DNA from: Deinococcales bacterium
Lineage (GTDB): Bacteria; Deinococcota; Deinococci; Deinococcales; JAAFIG01
Assembly: GCA_031414595.1 (NCBI GenBank)
Contig: JANNVX010000029.1
Coordinates: forward strand, 1-49,905
Length of the DNA: 49,905 nt
Direction: 5' to 3'
The notes under the pieces are model-generated. The model was not told the DNA's origin and made no database searches. It worked only from the letters and a program-made list of their open reading frames with translations. How positions within the stretch are numbered: the stretch's first letter is position 1; every line of letters starts with the position of its first letter. The position numbers and the translations under genes were made by a program. Shown one piece after another: positions 39,765-48,470 of this stretch.

Positions 39765-39893
39765 AAGAGGTGCAAGTATAGTTTGACTGTTTATACTTTG
39801 CATAGTTTAATTTTAGTTATACTATATAAGCACTGAAGGCGGCATTTCTGCGGCAAACACTAAAAACAGCGCTTTCGGCATAAACTAAAAAAT

Positions 39894-39925
39894 AAGAATC
39901 CCCCGCTAATTAGCGGGGGATTCTT
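39894..39925. terminator. Hairpin, likely the original tRNA-Ala terminator
   Basis: AAGAATCCCCCGCTAATTAGCGGGGGATTCTT perfect palindrome directly beyond the att copy. Confidence 0.8.
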
Positions 39926-39970
39926 GGTGGAGATGAGGGGATTTGAACCCCTGACCTCTTGAGTGCGATT
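39925..39970 (-). repeat. att site (duplicated 3' 46 bp of tRNA-Ala)
   Basis: TGGTGGAGATGAGGGGATTTGAACCCCTGACCTCTTGAGTGCGATT, identical to 47522-47567. Confidence 0.95.
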
Positions 39971-40097
39971 TCGTAATTAACATATTTACTGATTTAACTT
40001 GACTTCACTTCTCTAACTGTATTGTTTGTCAAATACGCGCTTATTTTGCTCGAGTTGTTTATTCTTGTCACTGCATTTATATCCAAGTCACTTGACC

Positions 40098-40118
40098 CGT
40101 TCCGCATCTGTTCCGCAT
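40098..40118 (+). repeat. Putative integrase arm-type site (left)
   Basis: CGTTCCGCATCTGTTCCGCAT, identical at 47429-47449. Confidence 0.75.
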
Positions 40119-40201
40119 ATTCTTAACCTCAAGAAATGACGTTAAGAAAAGAAAAGGTATATGAAGTTGTGTAAATAAACAAGAAATGATAAACTTTTTA
40201 T

Positions 40202-40699
40202 ATGAGCGTTCCACGATTTGCCAACAATAGCCTTGGTCTGGCAATGGCATGTGCAGTTGTGGAAATTCGTAACACACTTTGTCGTCCCTTATGCACCAAA
40301 AATACGAATGACTCCTTAACTCTTGCTATAACTTGCGCGGTTATGGAGCATCAAACCTTTCGATTACCTCGAGACAAGGGATACGAAGCCTTAGTGAAAA
40401 AATTAAAGTCTAAAAGTTTGTCCATGTCTTTCGTTTGGCAAAAACTCCGACGAAACATGGGGGCAAATGGCGTGACGTGGGGAGAAGCTAATGTAGCTCA
40501 GTTCAATTGCGCTTTGGACGCATTGCTTTCCGAAATACTAAAAGCAATGCGTTTAGCTATTCACCTAAATTTTTTGCAGTTATTAAATTTTCATCTTCTG
40601 AAATTGAATAATGATTCTCGAGTAATTGAAAAACTACTGCACCCCCCACCGCTCGAGTATTACCCACAAATACAAACCACTTGCGCCCCCAACGTCTGA
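40202..40699 (+). CDS. Hypothetical protein (element cargo)
   Basis: 165-codon ORF, AT-rich, ends ...HPPPLEYYPQIQTTCAPNV. Confidence 0.55.
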   Translation: MSVPRFANNSLGLAMACAVVEIRNTLCRPLCTKNTNDSLTLAITCAVMEHQTFRLPRDKGYEALVKKLKSKSLSMSFVWQKLRRNMGANGVTWGEANVAQFNCALDALLSEILKAMRLAIHLNFLQLLNFHLLKLNNDSRVIEKLLHPPPLEYYPQIQTTCAPNV

Positions 40700-40717
40700 G
40701 AACACGGCTTTAGTCCT

Positions 40718-41020
40718 GTGTTCTCACCTCGAGCATTAACCGCTCGAGCGTCCCGTTTGGGGTGGTCTTTTATAAATAATTCTTTGAATCCGCAAGCAAT
40801 CACGGTCAAATCCTTTTTTGGTGTTTCAGACGTTGCCCAACGTTGGGAAGTACATCAAAACTTTGTTTACAACCTCATCAAAAGTGGTGAGCTTCCATGC
40901 CTGAAAATTGGCAACCCCGGAAGCAAACGCCCCGTTATCCGTATCCCTCTTGACTCACTCGAGGCATGGGAAGCGGCTCAACTTTCCAACAGGGTTAAAA
41001 ATGCACAACTTCGCCAATGA
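40718..41020 (+). CDS. Excisionase-like HTH protein
   Basis: 'FF.V.DVA.RW.V....VY.LI.SGELP..KIG......IRIP...LEAW'; true start uncertain, probably downstream. Confidence 0.8.
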   Translation: MFSPRALTARASRLGWSFINNSLNPQAITVKSFFGVSDVAQRWEVHQNFVYNLIKSGELPCLKIGNPGSKRPVIRIPLDSLEAWEAAQLSNRVKNAQLRQ

Positions 41021-41759
41021 CACCCTGACCCGAGCTATTTTAGAAGCTGACCTACCCGCAATTGTTGCCCAATACTTCCCTGATGCTCGAGCAGTACCAA
41101 ACAAAGCAGGGCGGGTCATTCCAGTTTGGCTTAAGACTTCTCGAGACTTTGACGCAAGCCTAAAACGCTATCCAGGTGGAACATGGCGTTTGCATTGCTT
41201 TGTGACAAACCAAGATTTTAATGCTTTTGGTTTCTTGGTGAGCATCGTCGGCATGACCAGAGCCGAAGCCGCTAAACACCTAATTCAACTGGCAGGACTC
41301 GAGCAATGCCACACAGTCCCTCGAGGTAAACCACAAGCGACGATTGAACGTAAACCAATACCAGATATTCCAAATGATTTAACCGAATGGATCAACATTT
41401 GGAATAATTTTGGTGGTGTAAAACTTAAACTCGAGGGCGCAGAGTACGAAGGACTAACAGCTTTATCAAACTGGATAGGCGATGCGCTCAGACCGTACAA
41501 GGCACAACTTGAACGAATCGCGGCGGGTGTCAGTCTCGAACATTGCATTGACGCTTTTATGGGTGCTACACCTCGAGTTTGCCCCTGTGGGAAACGATGG
41601 ACTACCAAAATGCAAATGCACAACCACGACAGCAACCAAAAGCTCTTTCTAGGCACAGCTTTTGGTTGTGAACCATGCGGCGAAATTTGGTCAGCATCCG
41701 AACTCGAGGCAGCCCGAATTTTACAAAAAGCATTGCAAATCCTCGAGGTGGTGATATGA
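41001..41759 (+). CDS. Protein with DnaG-like (CHC2-type, degenerate) zinc-finger N-terminus and C-terminal Cys ribbon
   Basis: 'W..HCF.......AF.FL....GM...EAAK.L' plus CPCG...CEPC; no Toprim motif seen. Confidence 0.6.
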   Translation: MHNFANDTLTRAILEADLPAIVAQYFPDARAVPNKAGRVIPVWLKTSRDFDASLKRYPGGTWRLHCFVTNQDFNAFGFLVSIVGMTRAEAAKHLIQLAGLEQCHTVPRGKPQATIERKPIPDIPNDLTEWINIWNNFGGVKLKLEGAEYEGLTALSNWIGDALRPYKAQLERIAAGVSLEHCIDAFMGATPRVCPCGKRWTTKMQMHNHDSNQKLFLGTAFGCEPCGEIWSASELEAARILQKALQILEVVI

Positions 41760-43408
41760 CTCGAGCCGAAGCCTTGCAAGTGGTGCGTACTGCAAACCCA
41801 GCAGGATTAGCGGCGGTACTCGAGCTAAACCAAGCCAAGCAGTACGACAACCTCGAGAATACCGAATTACTTGAGGACTCCGAACCGTGGCAAGCACGGC
41901 AACCGATACCAGCTTGTCAAAAAGTCTTTAGCTTACCCCTCGAGATGTTGCCAGACTGCTTACAAGACTGGTTGCATGATACGGCACGGTTAGCGTGTTC
42001 TCCGCTCGAGATGGTGGCTTCAAATGCTTTGTGTGCCTTATCAGGTGTGATTGGTGCAAGCGTCACGGTGCAAGCTCGAGCAGGGTTTTATGTCACACCG
42101 AACATTTGGGGCGGTGCGGTTGCGTCCTCTGGCAGCATGAAAACAAAGTTATTGAATGATGCAATTGCACCCCTGAGACACCTCGAGAAACAGGCAGCCC
42201 ACGACTTAGAAACCCTAAACGAAGATGCAGAACTCGAATTAAGCCAAGCCAAGAAACAACTTGATTTACTCGAGAAGCGATACACCGAAAAGAAAGCCCC
42301 TCGAGGTGAGGTTATACCAACCCTTGAGGCTGTGAAAGCAGCTCGTCAAGAAGTCCGTAGGCTCGAGAATGCCAAACCCACCGAACGGACTTACACCACA
42401 ACCAATTGCACCCATGAAGCACTCGGAATGCTGTTACAAGATAATCAAAAGGGGATGACTGTCATCCGTGACGAATTAGCCCCTTTTGTTGCCAGTATGA
42501 ACCGTGATGACATGGCAGAGGCTCGAGGATTCTTCAATGCCGCTTGGGATGGCAGTACGTCCTACACTTATCATCGGGTAGGACGCGGTAAGGTCAGGCT
42601 TGAACGGGTTTGTGTTGCCATTTGTGGCATGATTCAACCTAAGCTGTTAGATGAACTAATCGCCCGAATGCTTGCCGACCCGATGCAGAATGACGGTTTT
42701 TTACAACGCTTTCAGGTTTTGGTTTATCCGGATAATTACCTAAAATGGATACCGCCCGAACAGCAAACACCCGCCAATAAGTACGCACTCGAGCGGGTCA
42801 TCAAAGTAGCAATACGCTTAAACAACCTCGAGCAGAACGGTACAGATGGTAGTCTCGAGCCTCGCTTATTAAAGTTCTCGAGCGAAGCACAACCCGAATT
42901 TAACCAATGGCATGACACGCTCGAGCGGCGAATAAGACCAGGTGGCGACCTTGCAACTGATAGCGCGTTCAAGTCTTGGTACGCCAAAACAAAAAGCCTG
43001 TGTGTCTCACTTGCAGCTATCTTTCATCTTTGCGACCTTGCAGACCAAGACCGTGCTTGGGGTGACGACCTCGAGCCAATAAGCCTAGATGCTTTGCTGA
43101 TGGCGCTTGATTGGTCGGATTACCTCGAGCAACACGCCAAGAAGATTTACGCCCTCGAGCTAAACCCAGACCAGACAGCAGCCCATACAGTGGCAAAGCT
43201 GATTGAAGATAAGAAAATCAGGGATGGCAGCACCTTACGCGATGTAAAACAAACAAATCGTAACATCTCGAGCATTATTGACCGTGGCGTATATACGCTC
43301 GAGCAATTGGGGTGGTTACGAATAGAGGAAACTCGAGCCACTGGCAAACTTGACGGACGGGCAAAAGAAGTTATTCGGTTACACCCAGACTTAAAAGGTG
43401 GTGAGTGA
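41756..43408 (+). CDS. DUF3987/YfjI-like P-loop replication ATPase
   Basis: 'P....LP..L', PNIWG.AVA.SG.MKT (Walker A-like), T.EAL...L, RDE (Walker B), R..RG, G.IQP, DGFLQRF. Confidence 0.85.
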   Translation: MTRAEALQVVRTANPAGLAAVLELNQAKQYDNLENTELLEDSEPWQARQPIPACQKVFSLPLEMLPDCLQDWLHDTARLACSPLEMVASNALCALSGVIGASVTVQARAGFYVTPNIWGGAVASSGSMKTKLLNDAIAPLRHLEKQAAHDLETLNEDAELELSQAKKQLDLLEKRYTEKKAPRGEVIPTLEAVKAARQEVRRLENAKPTERTYTTTNCTHEALGMLLQDNQKGMTVIRDELAPFVASMNRDDMAEARGFFNAAWDGSTSYTYHRVGRGKVRLERVCVAICGMIQPKLLDELIARMLADPMQNDGFLQRFQVLVYPDNYLKWIPPEQQTPANKYALERVIKVAIRLNNLEQNGTDGSLEPRLLKFSSEAQPEFNQWHDTLERRIRPGGDLATDSAFKSWYAKTKSLCVSLAAIFHLCDLADQDRAWGDDLEPISLDALLMALDWSDYLEQHAKKIYALELNPDQTAAHTVAKLIEDKKIRDGSTLRDVKQTNRNISSIIDRGVYTLEQLGWLRIEETRATGKLDGRAKEVIRLHPDLKGGE

Positions 43409-43814
43409 AGTGGACACGTACCAGCCAAGACGATTACAGAAAAAAACTGAAAAACCCCTAGAGTCGTCAACTCAAAAGACTCAAAAGCCCGAAAATACCC
43501 CTTTTGAGTCTTTTGAGTTAGCCCGAGAGGGGGTATTTACAAATTTTTATTCTGATGCAAGTCTCGAGCAGCCAAGCCCAAAACCAGCCGAACAGCCCAA
43601 ACTACCCCTTTATCTCACCCCTGAGTTTCGCCCTAAACCTTTGCCCTTACACCTTGAGAAGTTCGCTCGAGCAGCCAGAACGGGCAAACTCCCCGTACCT
43701 CTTGCTGACCTTGTGGTGAGTCATGTGGGATGGTGGTTCGTAACTTCCGATGCTCGAGAACTCGAAGCCCTCGAGGTATTGCACAAGAAGCACTACGGCA
43801 CGGTACAAGCGTGA
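43398..43814 (+). CDS. Hypothetical protein overlapping iteron-like repeats
   Basis: Overlaps both neighbours, consistent with translational coupling. Confidence 0.5.
   Translation: MVSEVDTYQPRRLQKKTEKPLESSTQKTQKPENTPFESFELAREGVFTNFYSDASLEQPSPKPAEQPKLPLYLTPEFRPKPLPLHLEKFARAARTGKLPVPLADLVVSHVGWWFVTSDARELEALEVLHKKHYGTVQA
43470..43538. repeat. Iteron-like inverted repeats, candidate replication origin
   Basis: ACTCAAAAGACTCAAAAG (43470-43487) and its exact reverse complement (43501-43518); extra AAATACCCC/GGGGTATTT pair. Confidence 0.7.
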
Positions 43815-44476
43815 AATACGCATTGATTAAAACAACCGAAATACTGCCACCGTTACCTATTCAACGTTCGTTCACTACACAAGCCATGAAGCATTATCAA
43901 GTCCTACAAAGCATTTTGATTAAACCACTCACCCCAAGCGATGCCCGAGAATTAAACCTCGGGCTGGGGATTCTCGAGGAATACCAGTACCAAATTATCA
44001 AAGGCGAGCGGGTGTTTGCTGATGCGGTAAGCGCGGGAATCTCAAGTATTCCCTGTGTGATTATTCCTGAGTCCACTACTCCGACCCAGTGCGCCGAAAT
44101 GCGTTTACTGCTGACCCACTGTCAGAACAAAAACATTGTTGCTGATTCCTTAGCGGTGCGTGGTTTGGTCGCTCGAGATGGAAGGGAACAAACCAAAGCT
44201 CGTTTTAAGGCTTTAGGATTCCCAAATTCGGTTTTCTTGCTTCTCGAGCGACCATCCAAATTACCAAAAGTAATTTTTGAAGCTGCACTAGAGGGGCGTA
44301 TCAAGCCGAGTGTGTTTAAGACAATTGCTAAACTCACAACCACTCAACAAACCAAAGTCTGTCAACTTCTCGCCTTTGGGCATGATTCTTTGTGTCTCAA
44401 AGACGTGCAGGAGTTGCAAAAAATCCAGAAACAAGAAGCCGCCGGACATATTTTCTCGAATCTCAAAAGGAACTAA
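43811..44476 (+). CDS. ParB-like protein (degenerate)
   Basis: YQIIKGERV...A...G...IPCVII resembles the ParB N-domain; GTGA overlap with the upstream gene. Confidence 0.55.
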   Translation: MKYALIKTTEILPPLPIQRSFTTQAMKHYQVLQSILIKPLTPSDARELNLGLGILEEYQYQIIKGERVFADAVSAGISSIPCVIIPESTTPTQCAEMRLLLTHCQNKNIVADSLAVRGLVARDGREQTKARFKALGFPNSVFLLLERPSKLPKVIFEAALEGRIKPSVFKTIAKLTTTQQTKVCQLLAFGHDSLCLKDVQELQKIQKQEAAGHIFSNLKRN

Positions 44477-44478
44477 AT

Positions 44479-45081
44479 ATGCAAAATCTAATCCAAGCTG
44501 TAACCGAAGCACAAACCCAACTCGAGCAGACACAAACCCAACTCGAGCAAATACAAACCAACCTAGACCGCGTTCAAAGCGACCTTATGCAAGCCCAACA
44601 GTCTCGAGAAGAAGCACAACAGGCGTACACCAACGGCGGCGACTTGGCAGAATTAAGCCATGCGACGATTACACTTCATGCTCTGGAAAGAGCAAAGCAG
44701 AATCTCGAGCAAAACCAGCAAAACCAGAACCAAGCCTTAAACTCCGCACAGCAGAGCCTCAAAAAAGCACAAAAGGAACTCGAGGATGAAGAGCTTAAGC
44801 AGGCTTTCCGAGATGCTGAACGCGAATTTAAGGCACACATTGATTCATCAATTCCTCAACTCGAGGCACTGCTAAAAGAGGGCGCTATCCTTTACACGCA
44901 GTTATATCAAGCACAGCAAAAGGCGAATGCTAAGGGCATTACTTTATATATACACCCTCTGTTCAGGTATGAAGATGTTCCGACCACAAAACGCTATGGG
45001 ACTGCCCTAGCCAATTTTCAATACTGCCGTGACCTTGAGAAGCAGAGCGAACGGAATGCAGTATTGAAAAAACCTCATTGA
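44479..45081 (+). CDS. Coiled-coil hypothetical protein
   Basis: RBS AAGGA; heptad QTQLEQT repeats encoded by 21-bp duplications. Confidence 0.7.
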   Translation: MQNLIQAVTEAQTQLEQTQTQLEQIQTNLDRVQSDLMQAQQSREEAQQAYTNGGDLAELSHATITLHALERAKQNLEQNQQNQNQALNSAQQSLKKAQKELEDEELKQAFRDAEREFKAHIDSSIPQLEALLKEGAILYTQLYQAQQKANAKGITLYIHPLFRYEDVPTTKRYGTALANFQYCRDLEKQSERNAVLKKPH

Positions 45082-45116
45082 ATGTTTTGAACCTCAAGGA
45101 CGCTTTCAAAATATAC

Positions 45117-45154
45117 AAAACCCCCCTCGAGATTAAAAGACTCGAGGGGGGTTT
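45117..45154. terminator. Bidirectional terminator between the element's convergent operons
   Basis: AAACCCCCCTCGAG-ATTAAAAGA-CTCGAGGGGGGTTT. Confidence 0.8.
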
Positions 45155-45164
45155 CAGGGGTCAT

Positions 45165-45449
45165 TCAAAGCAGTTGAGAAAGGTTAAAAGTATATGGCTC
45201 GAGGGTCTGACATCCCCCTTTGATTGCAGTATGGTTCAATGCGTCTTTGATGGCTTTTGTTTCAAGATGATTGCTTACCGAAAACAGCAAAACCGTTTTT
45301 GTATCCTCAGCTTGTTCTTGCTCGAGAATACCCACAAACTTAGTATTGGTGTCTTGGGCAGCTTGTAATCCATCAAATGAGTTTTCAGGGCGTAATTGAT
45401 GGCTAGGGGCAACGGGAACAGCGATCAGAAAACGAGGACTTGGATTCAT
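45165..45449 (-). CDS. Hypothetical protein
   Basis: ATGA overlap with the upstream gene; third gene of the leftward operon. Confidence 0.6.
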   Translation of the reverse strand: MNPSPRFLIAVPVAPSHQLRPENSFDGLQAAQDTNTKFVGILEQEQAEDTKTVLLFSVSNHLETKAIKDALNHTAIKGGCQTLEPYTFNLSQLL

Positions 45450-45640
45450 GCTACACATCCTTTGGAGGCTTTTTTAGCCAAGAGAGAGGCGAGGAACGAA
45501 GTAAGCGGTAATTTGGCTTTGATTGAATCAGACTCGAGAAGAACAAACCAGTACGCCCCATGTTTTTCAAGTCTGGTACTGAAATGCTCACCATCTCGAG
45601 CCATGCCCGAACAGGTGCGAGTAATAGAAGGGGGCTTCAT
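45446..45640 (-). CDS. Hypothetical protein (64 aa)
   Basis: ATGA overlaps at both ends. Confidence 0.6.
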   Translation of the reverse strand: MKPPSITRTCSGMARDGEHFSTRLEKHGAYWFVLLESDSIKAKLPLTSFLASLLAKKASKGCVA

Positions 45641-45840
45641 GCCCCCACCGAATCACGATACAGATTGACTTCTTTCTCGAGGATAGAACGGGCTTTAGTG
45701 AGTGTAGAAAGGGCTTCACTAATGGACTCGAGCATGGTGCTTATGGTGCTTGTTTCTAGGGTTTCTGATTCTTGGTCAAAGGCTTTGATGTTTAGGTACT
45801 CGAGGGCTTGGACTGCATTTTGAAGGGTGATAGACTGCAT
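45637..45840 (-). CDS. Hypothetical protein (67 aa)
   Basis: RBS AAGGAG; first gene divergent from Xre. Confidence 0.7.
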   Translation of the reverse strand: MQSITLQNAVQALEYLNIKAFDQESETLETSTISTMLESISEALSTLTKARSILEKEVNLYRDSVGA

Positions 45841-45911
45841 GGGACTCCTTACAATTTGGGGATTCTCGAGAACGCCTTACTTTGAGAGGTGGTGCGTTCT
45901 TGAGTGCTTAT

Positions 45912-45940
45912 ATATTACCTTTTTATAGGGAATATGTCAA
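45912..45940 (-). promoter_or_regulatory. Leftward promoter of the element's regulatory switch
   Basis: Minus strand TTGACA-17nt-TAATAT; inverted TATATTACC/GGTAATATA operator-like pair at 45911 and 45965. Confidence 0.7.
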
Positions 45941-46007
45941 CATTAGATGGAATCCAAGTTATATGGTAATATACCAACTAAGAGCAGAATGCTCGAGAAT
46001 GGAGGAA

Positions 46008-46240
46008 TGATTGTGAAATGGAAAGTAAAAGAGTTCTTAGACTCAGTTGGTAAAACCCCTTATGCACTTTGGAAAGCATCAGGACTCTCAAGGAATCAAA
46101 CCTATGCCATTTGTAATGGTGAGCAAGATGGATTGCGTTTTGATGGGCTTTCAAAACTGATTCAGGGACTTGAAAAATTGTCAGGATTAACGGTAACACC
46201 TAACGATGTTCTTGAGGTGGTGCGTGATGGCACGACCTAA
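46008..46240 (+). CDS. Xre-family repressor
   Basis: 'W.VKEFL...G.TPYAL....GLS....Y.I..G...G.RFD.L..L..GLE.L.G..VT.NDVLEV'; RBS GGAGG; start may be GTG 46014. Confidence 0.85.
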
Positions 46241-47420
46241 GAATCCAGATAAGAAAAGAAGCAATGGCGATGGTGGTGTTTGGCAACTCGAAACAGGGCG
46301 TTGGCGTTGGGAAATAGTCTTAGGGTATGTCACCAAACCAAACGGTACACAGTCACGCAAAACCAAGAGCGGCACAGCCAAGAACGAAACCGAAGCCAAG
46401 AAAGCCCTAACCTTGGCTCGAGCCGATAAAGAACGCGGCTTACTGGCAACTCCTGACCGTGCCACAGTGACCGAATACTTAAAGAACTGGCTCGAGGGAC
46501 GCACAGCCAGACTTTCCAAAAATACTGCTGTGAGTTATCAAGGTTTAATCAAACGACACATTGACCCAAACATTGGTTCTAAACGACTGCAAGCCCTCAA
46601 GCCGCTTGACCTTCGCAACTTGTATACGGTTCTGCTCGAGAAGGGCTTATCTGGGCGTTCTGTGAGGTATGTTCACAGTCTGCTTTACAGTGCTTTCAAA
46701 GAAGCGGTTAAGCTCGAGATTACTTACCGAAATGTTGCCGAAGCAGTCACACCCGAAATACCCGCCGTGAATCGCAATGCCAAAGCAAGCCAAGCATGGA
46801 CAGCAAGCGAAGCGGCGCAGTTCTTAGCCGTGGCTCGAGGTGACAGCCTTTACGCCATGTTTTACATCATGCTTACCCTTGGGCTTCGTCGTGGTGAGGC
46901 TTGTGGGCTTCGCTGGCAAGATATTGACCTCGAGCGGCGACACCTACGCATCAAACAAACCATTGTCACAATTGACGGTAAACCAGTAGCAAGCGCACCC
47001 AAGACCAAAGGCAGCGCCCGACCCTTGGGAATTCCGCCTGAATTATTCGAGGTTCTGCGCTTACATCGTGCTATGCAGGAACAAATTCACCTCGAGAATG
47101 GCGCAATACCCCAAATTGATTATGTGTTTACAACAAAGAACGGCACAGCCTTACATCCTGACAACGTAAACCGAAGCCTCGAGCGATTGTGTAAAGTTGC
47201 AGAAGTTCGTCAGGTACGTGTCCATGACTTACGCCACACTTACGCATCCTTAGCAAGACGGGCGGGTGTATCGCTCGAGATGGTATCCGAGAAGTTAGGA
47301 CACGCCCGAGCGTCCTTTACGGGTGATGTGTATGTTCATACCTTCGATGACCAACACGAGGCAGCTACCTTAAACCTATCCGAGTTACTGGCAAGCCGAC
47401 CACGCCCCGCAATAGCTTAA
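46227..47420 (+). CDS. Tyrosine recombinase/integrase
   Basis: RSNGDG, GLRRGE..GLRW.DID, PKT, HDLRHTYAS, LGH, VYVH. Confidence 0.96.
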   Translation: MARPKNPDKKRSNGDGGVWQLETGRWRWEIVLGYVTKPNGTQSRKTKSGTAKNETEAKKALTLARADKERGLLATPDRATVTEYLKNWLEGRTARLSKNTAVSYQGLIKRHIDPNIGSKRLQALKPLDLRNLYTVLLEKGLSGRSVRYVHSLLYSAFKEAVKLEITYRNVAEAVTPEIPAVNRNAKASQAWTASEAAQFLAVARGDSLYAMFYIMLTLGLRRGEACGLRWQDIDLERRHLRIKQTIVTIDGKPVASAPKTKGSARPLGIPPELFEVLRLHRAMQEQIHLENGAIPQIDYVFTTKNGTALHPDNVNRSLERLCKVAEVRQVRVHDLRHTYASLARRAGVSLEMVSEKLGHARASFTGDVYVHTFDDQHEAATLNLSELLASRPRPAIA

Positions 47421-47428
47421 AAATAGGA

Positions 47429-47449
47429 CGTTCCGCATCTGTTCCGCAT
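47429..47449 (+). repeat. Putative integrase arm-type site (right)
   Basis: Identical to 40098-40118. Confidence 0.75.
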
Positions 47450-47491
47450 CTTGGGTACTTTTAAGGCGCAAACAAATAAAGCAAGAAAACG

Positions 47492-47520
47492 AAAAACCCT
47501 GTGATAAACAGGGTTTTTTT
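47492..47520. terminator. Element-supplied terminator next to the tRNA 3' end
   Basis: AAAAACCCTGT-GATAA-ACAGGGTTTTT. Confidence 0.8.
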
Positions 47521-47521
47521 A

Positions 47522-47597
47522 TGGTGGAGATGAGGGGATTTGAACCCCTGACCTCTTGAGTGCGATTCAAGCGCGCTCCCAACTGCGCCACATCCCC
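47522..47597 (-). tRNA. tRNA-Ala(CGC)
   Basis: GGGGATGTGGCGCAGTTGGGAGCGCGCTTGAAT-CGC-ACTCAAGAGGTCAGGGGTTCAAATCCCCTCATCTCCACCA, 76 nt, G3:U70. Confidence 0.96.
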
Positions 47598-47744
47598 ACA
47601 CAGAAAGCATAATATCACAAGCACAAGCAAAGGTGTGTTAATCTCCCTAGGTTGTGAATACTGTTGTTTATGAAGCCATTTACCCACCGCCACTGTTCTC
47701 GAGATAACGCAGCTTGTTTTTTCGTTCTCGAGTAGGAGGTACTT

Positions 47745-48467
47745 ATGGCAGGTCATAGTAAATGGGCGCAAATTAAACGTAAAAAAGCAGTCACCGATAA
47801 AAAACGAGCCGCCATGTTTTCAAAGCACTTAGCCGCGATTACTGCTGCCGTGCGAAGCGGCGGCAGTGGCGACACAGCCGCCAACCTAAGCTTAAAAAAT
47901 GCCTTATCGTTAGCCAGACGCGATGGCGTTCCAACCGATAATATCAGCAATGCGATTAAAAAAGCCCTTGGTGGTGGCGAAGCAAGTAACCTTGATGAGG
48001 TTATTTACGAAGGCTATGCCGTGGCTGGTGTGGCGGTACTGGTCTACGGCTTAACCAATAATCGCAATCGAACGGCAGGCGAAGTGCGCCATGCTTTTAC
48101 CAAACATGGCGGCAACATGAGCGGTGGTGTGGCATGGATGTTCGAGCGCAAAGGCTTGATTACCTTGGCTAACCACGACGACGACAGCCAGCTTTTAGCC
48201 ATGGATTTAGGCGCAGATGACTTCGAGATTTATGATGAGGATGGCGAACCACGCATGAATGTCTACACCGCTTTTGCAGACATGATTGGTGTGGCAGAAG
48301 GGTTTCGTACAGCCGGTCTCGAGCCAATCAGTGTAGAATTTATCAGCCTAGCAGAAAATATTGTGGATGTCAGTGCTGAAGATGCACCAAAAGTAGCGCG
48401 GATTCTCGAGGCACTAGAAGACTTAGAAGATGTTCAAAATGTCTATAGCAATGCGAATTTGGAGTGA
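47745..48467 (+). CDS. YebC/PmpR family protein
   Basis: MAGHSKWAQIKRKK, YEGY, N.NRT..EVR..F.K.GG, DVQNVYSN; RBS AGGAGG. Confidence 0.96.
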   Translation: MAGHSKWAQIKRKKAVTDKKRAAMFSKHLAAITAAVRSGGSGDTAANLSLKNALSLARRDGVPTDNISNAIKKALGGGEASNLDEVIYEGYAVAGVAVLVYGLTNNRNRTAGEVRHAFTKHGGNMSGGVAWMFERKGLITLANHDDDSQLLAMDLGADDFEIYDEDGEPRMNVYTAFADMIGVAEGFRTAGLEPISVEFISLAENIVDVSAEDAPKVARILEALEDLEDVQNVYSNANLE

Positions 48468-48470
48468 CAT

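Larger units (their letters stand above)
39925..47567. mobile_element. Integrative element (~7.6 kb, phage-satellite/PICI-like) in tRNA-Ala(CGC)
   Basis: 46-bp direct repeats of the tRNA 3' part, tyrosine integrase, Xre, excisionase-like HTH, primase-ZF-like gene, DUF3987 ATPase; no structural genes. Confidence 0.9.

Noticed and set aside
39925-39970. Second tRNA gene
   Set aside because: Only the 3' 46 nt are present; it is the att duplication.
40697-40730. UGA plus hairpin as a selenocysteine recoding signal
   Set aside because: The UGA lies inside the stem, an in-frame TAG follows within a few codons, and there is no redox motif.
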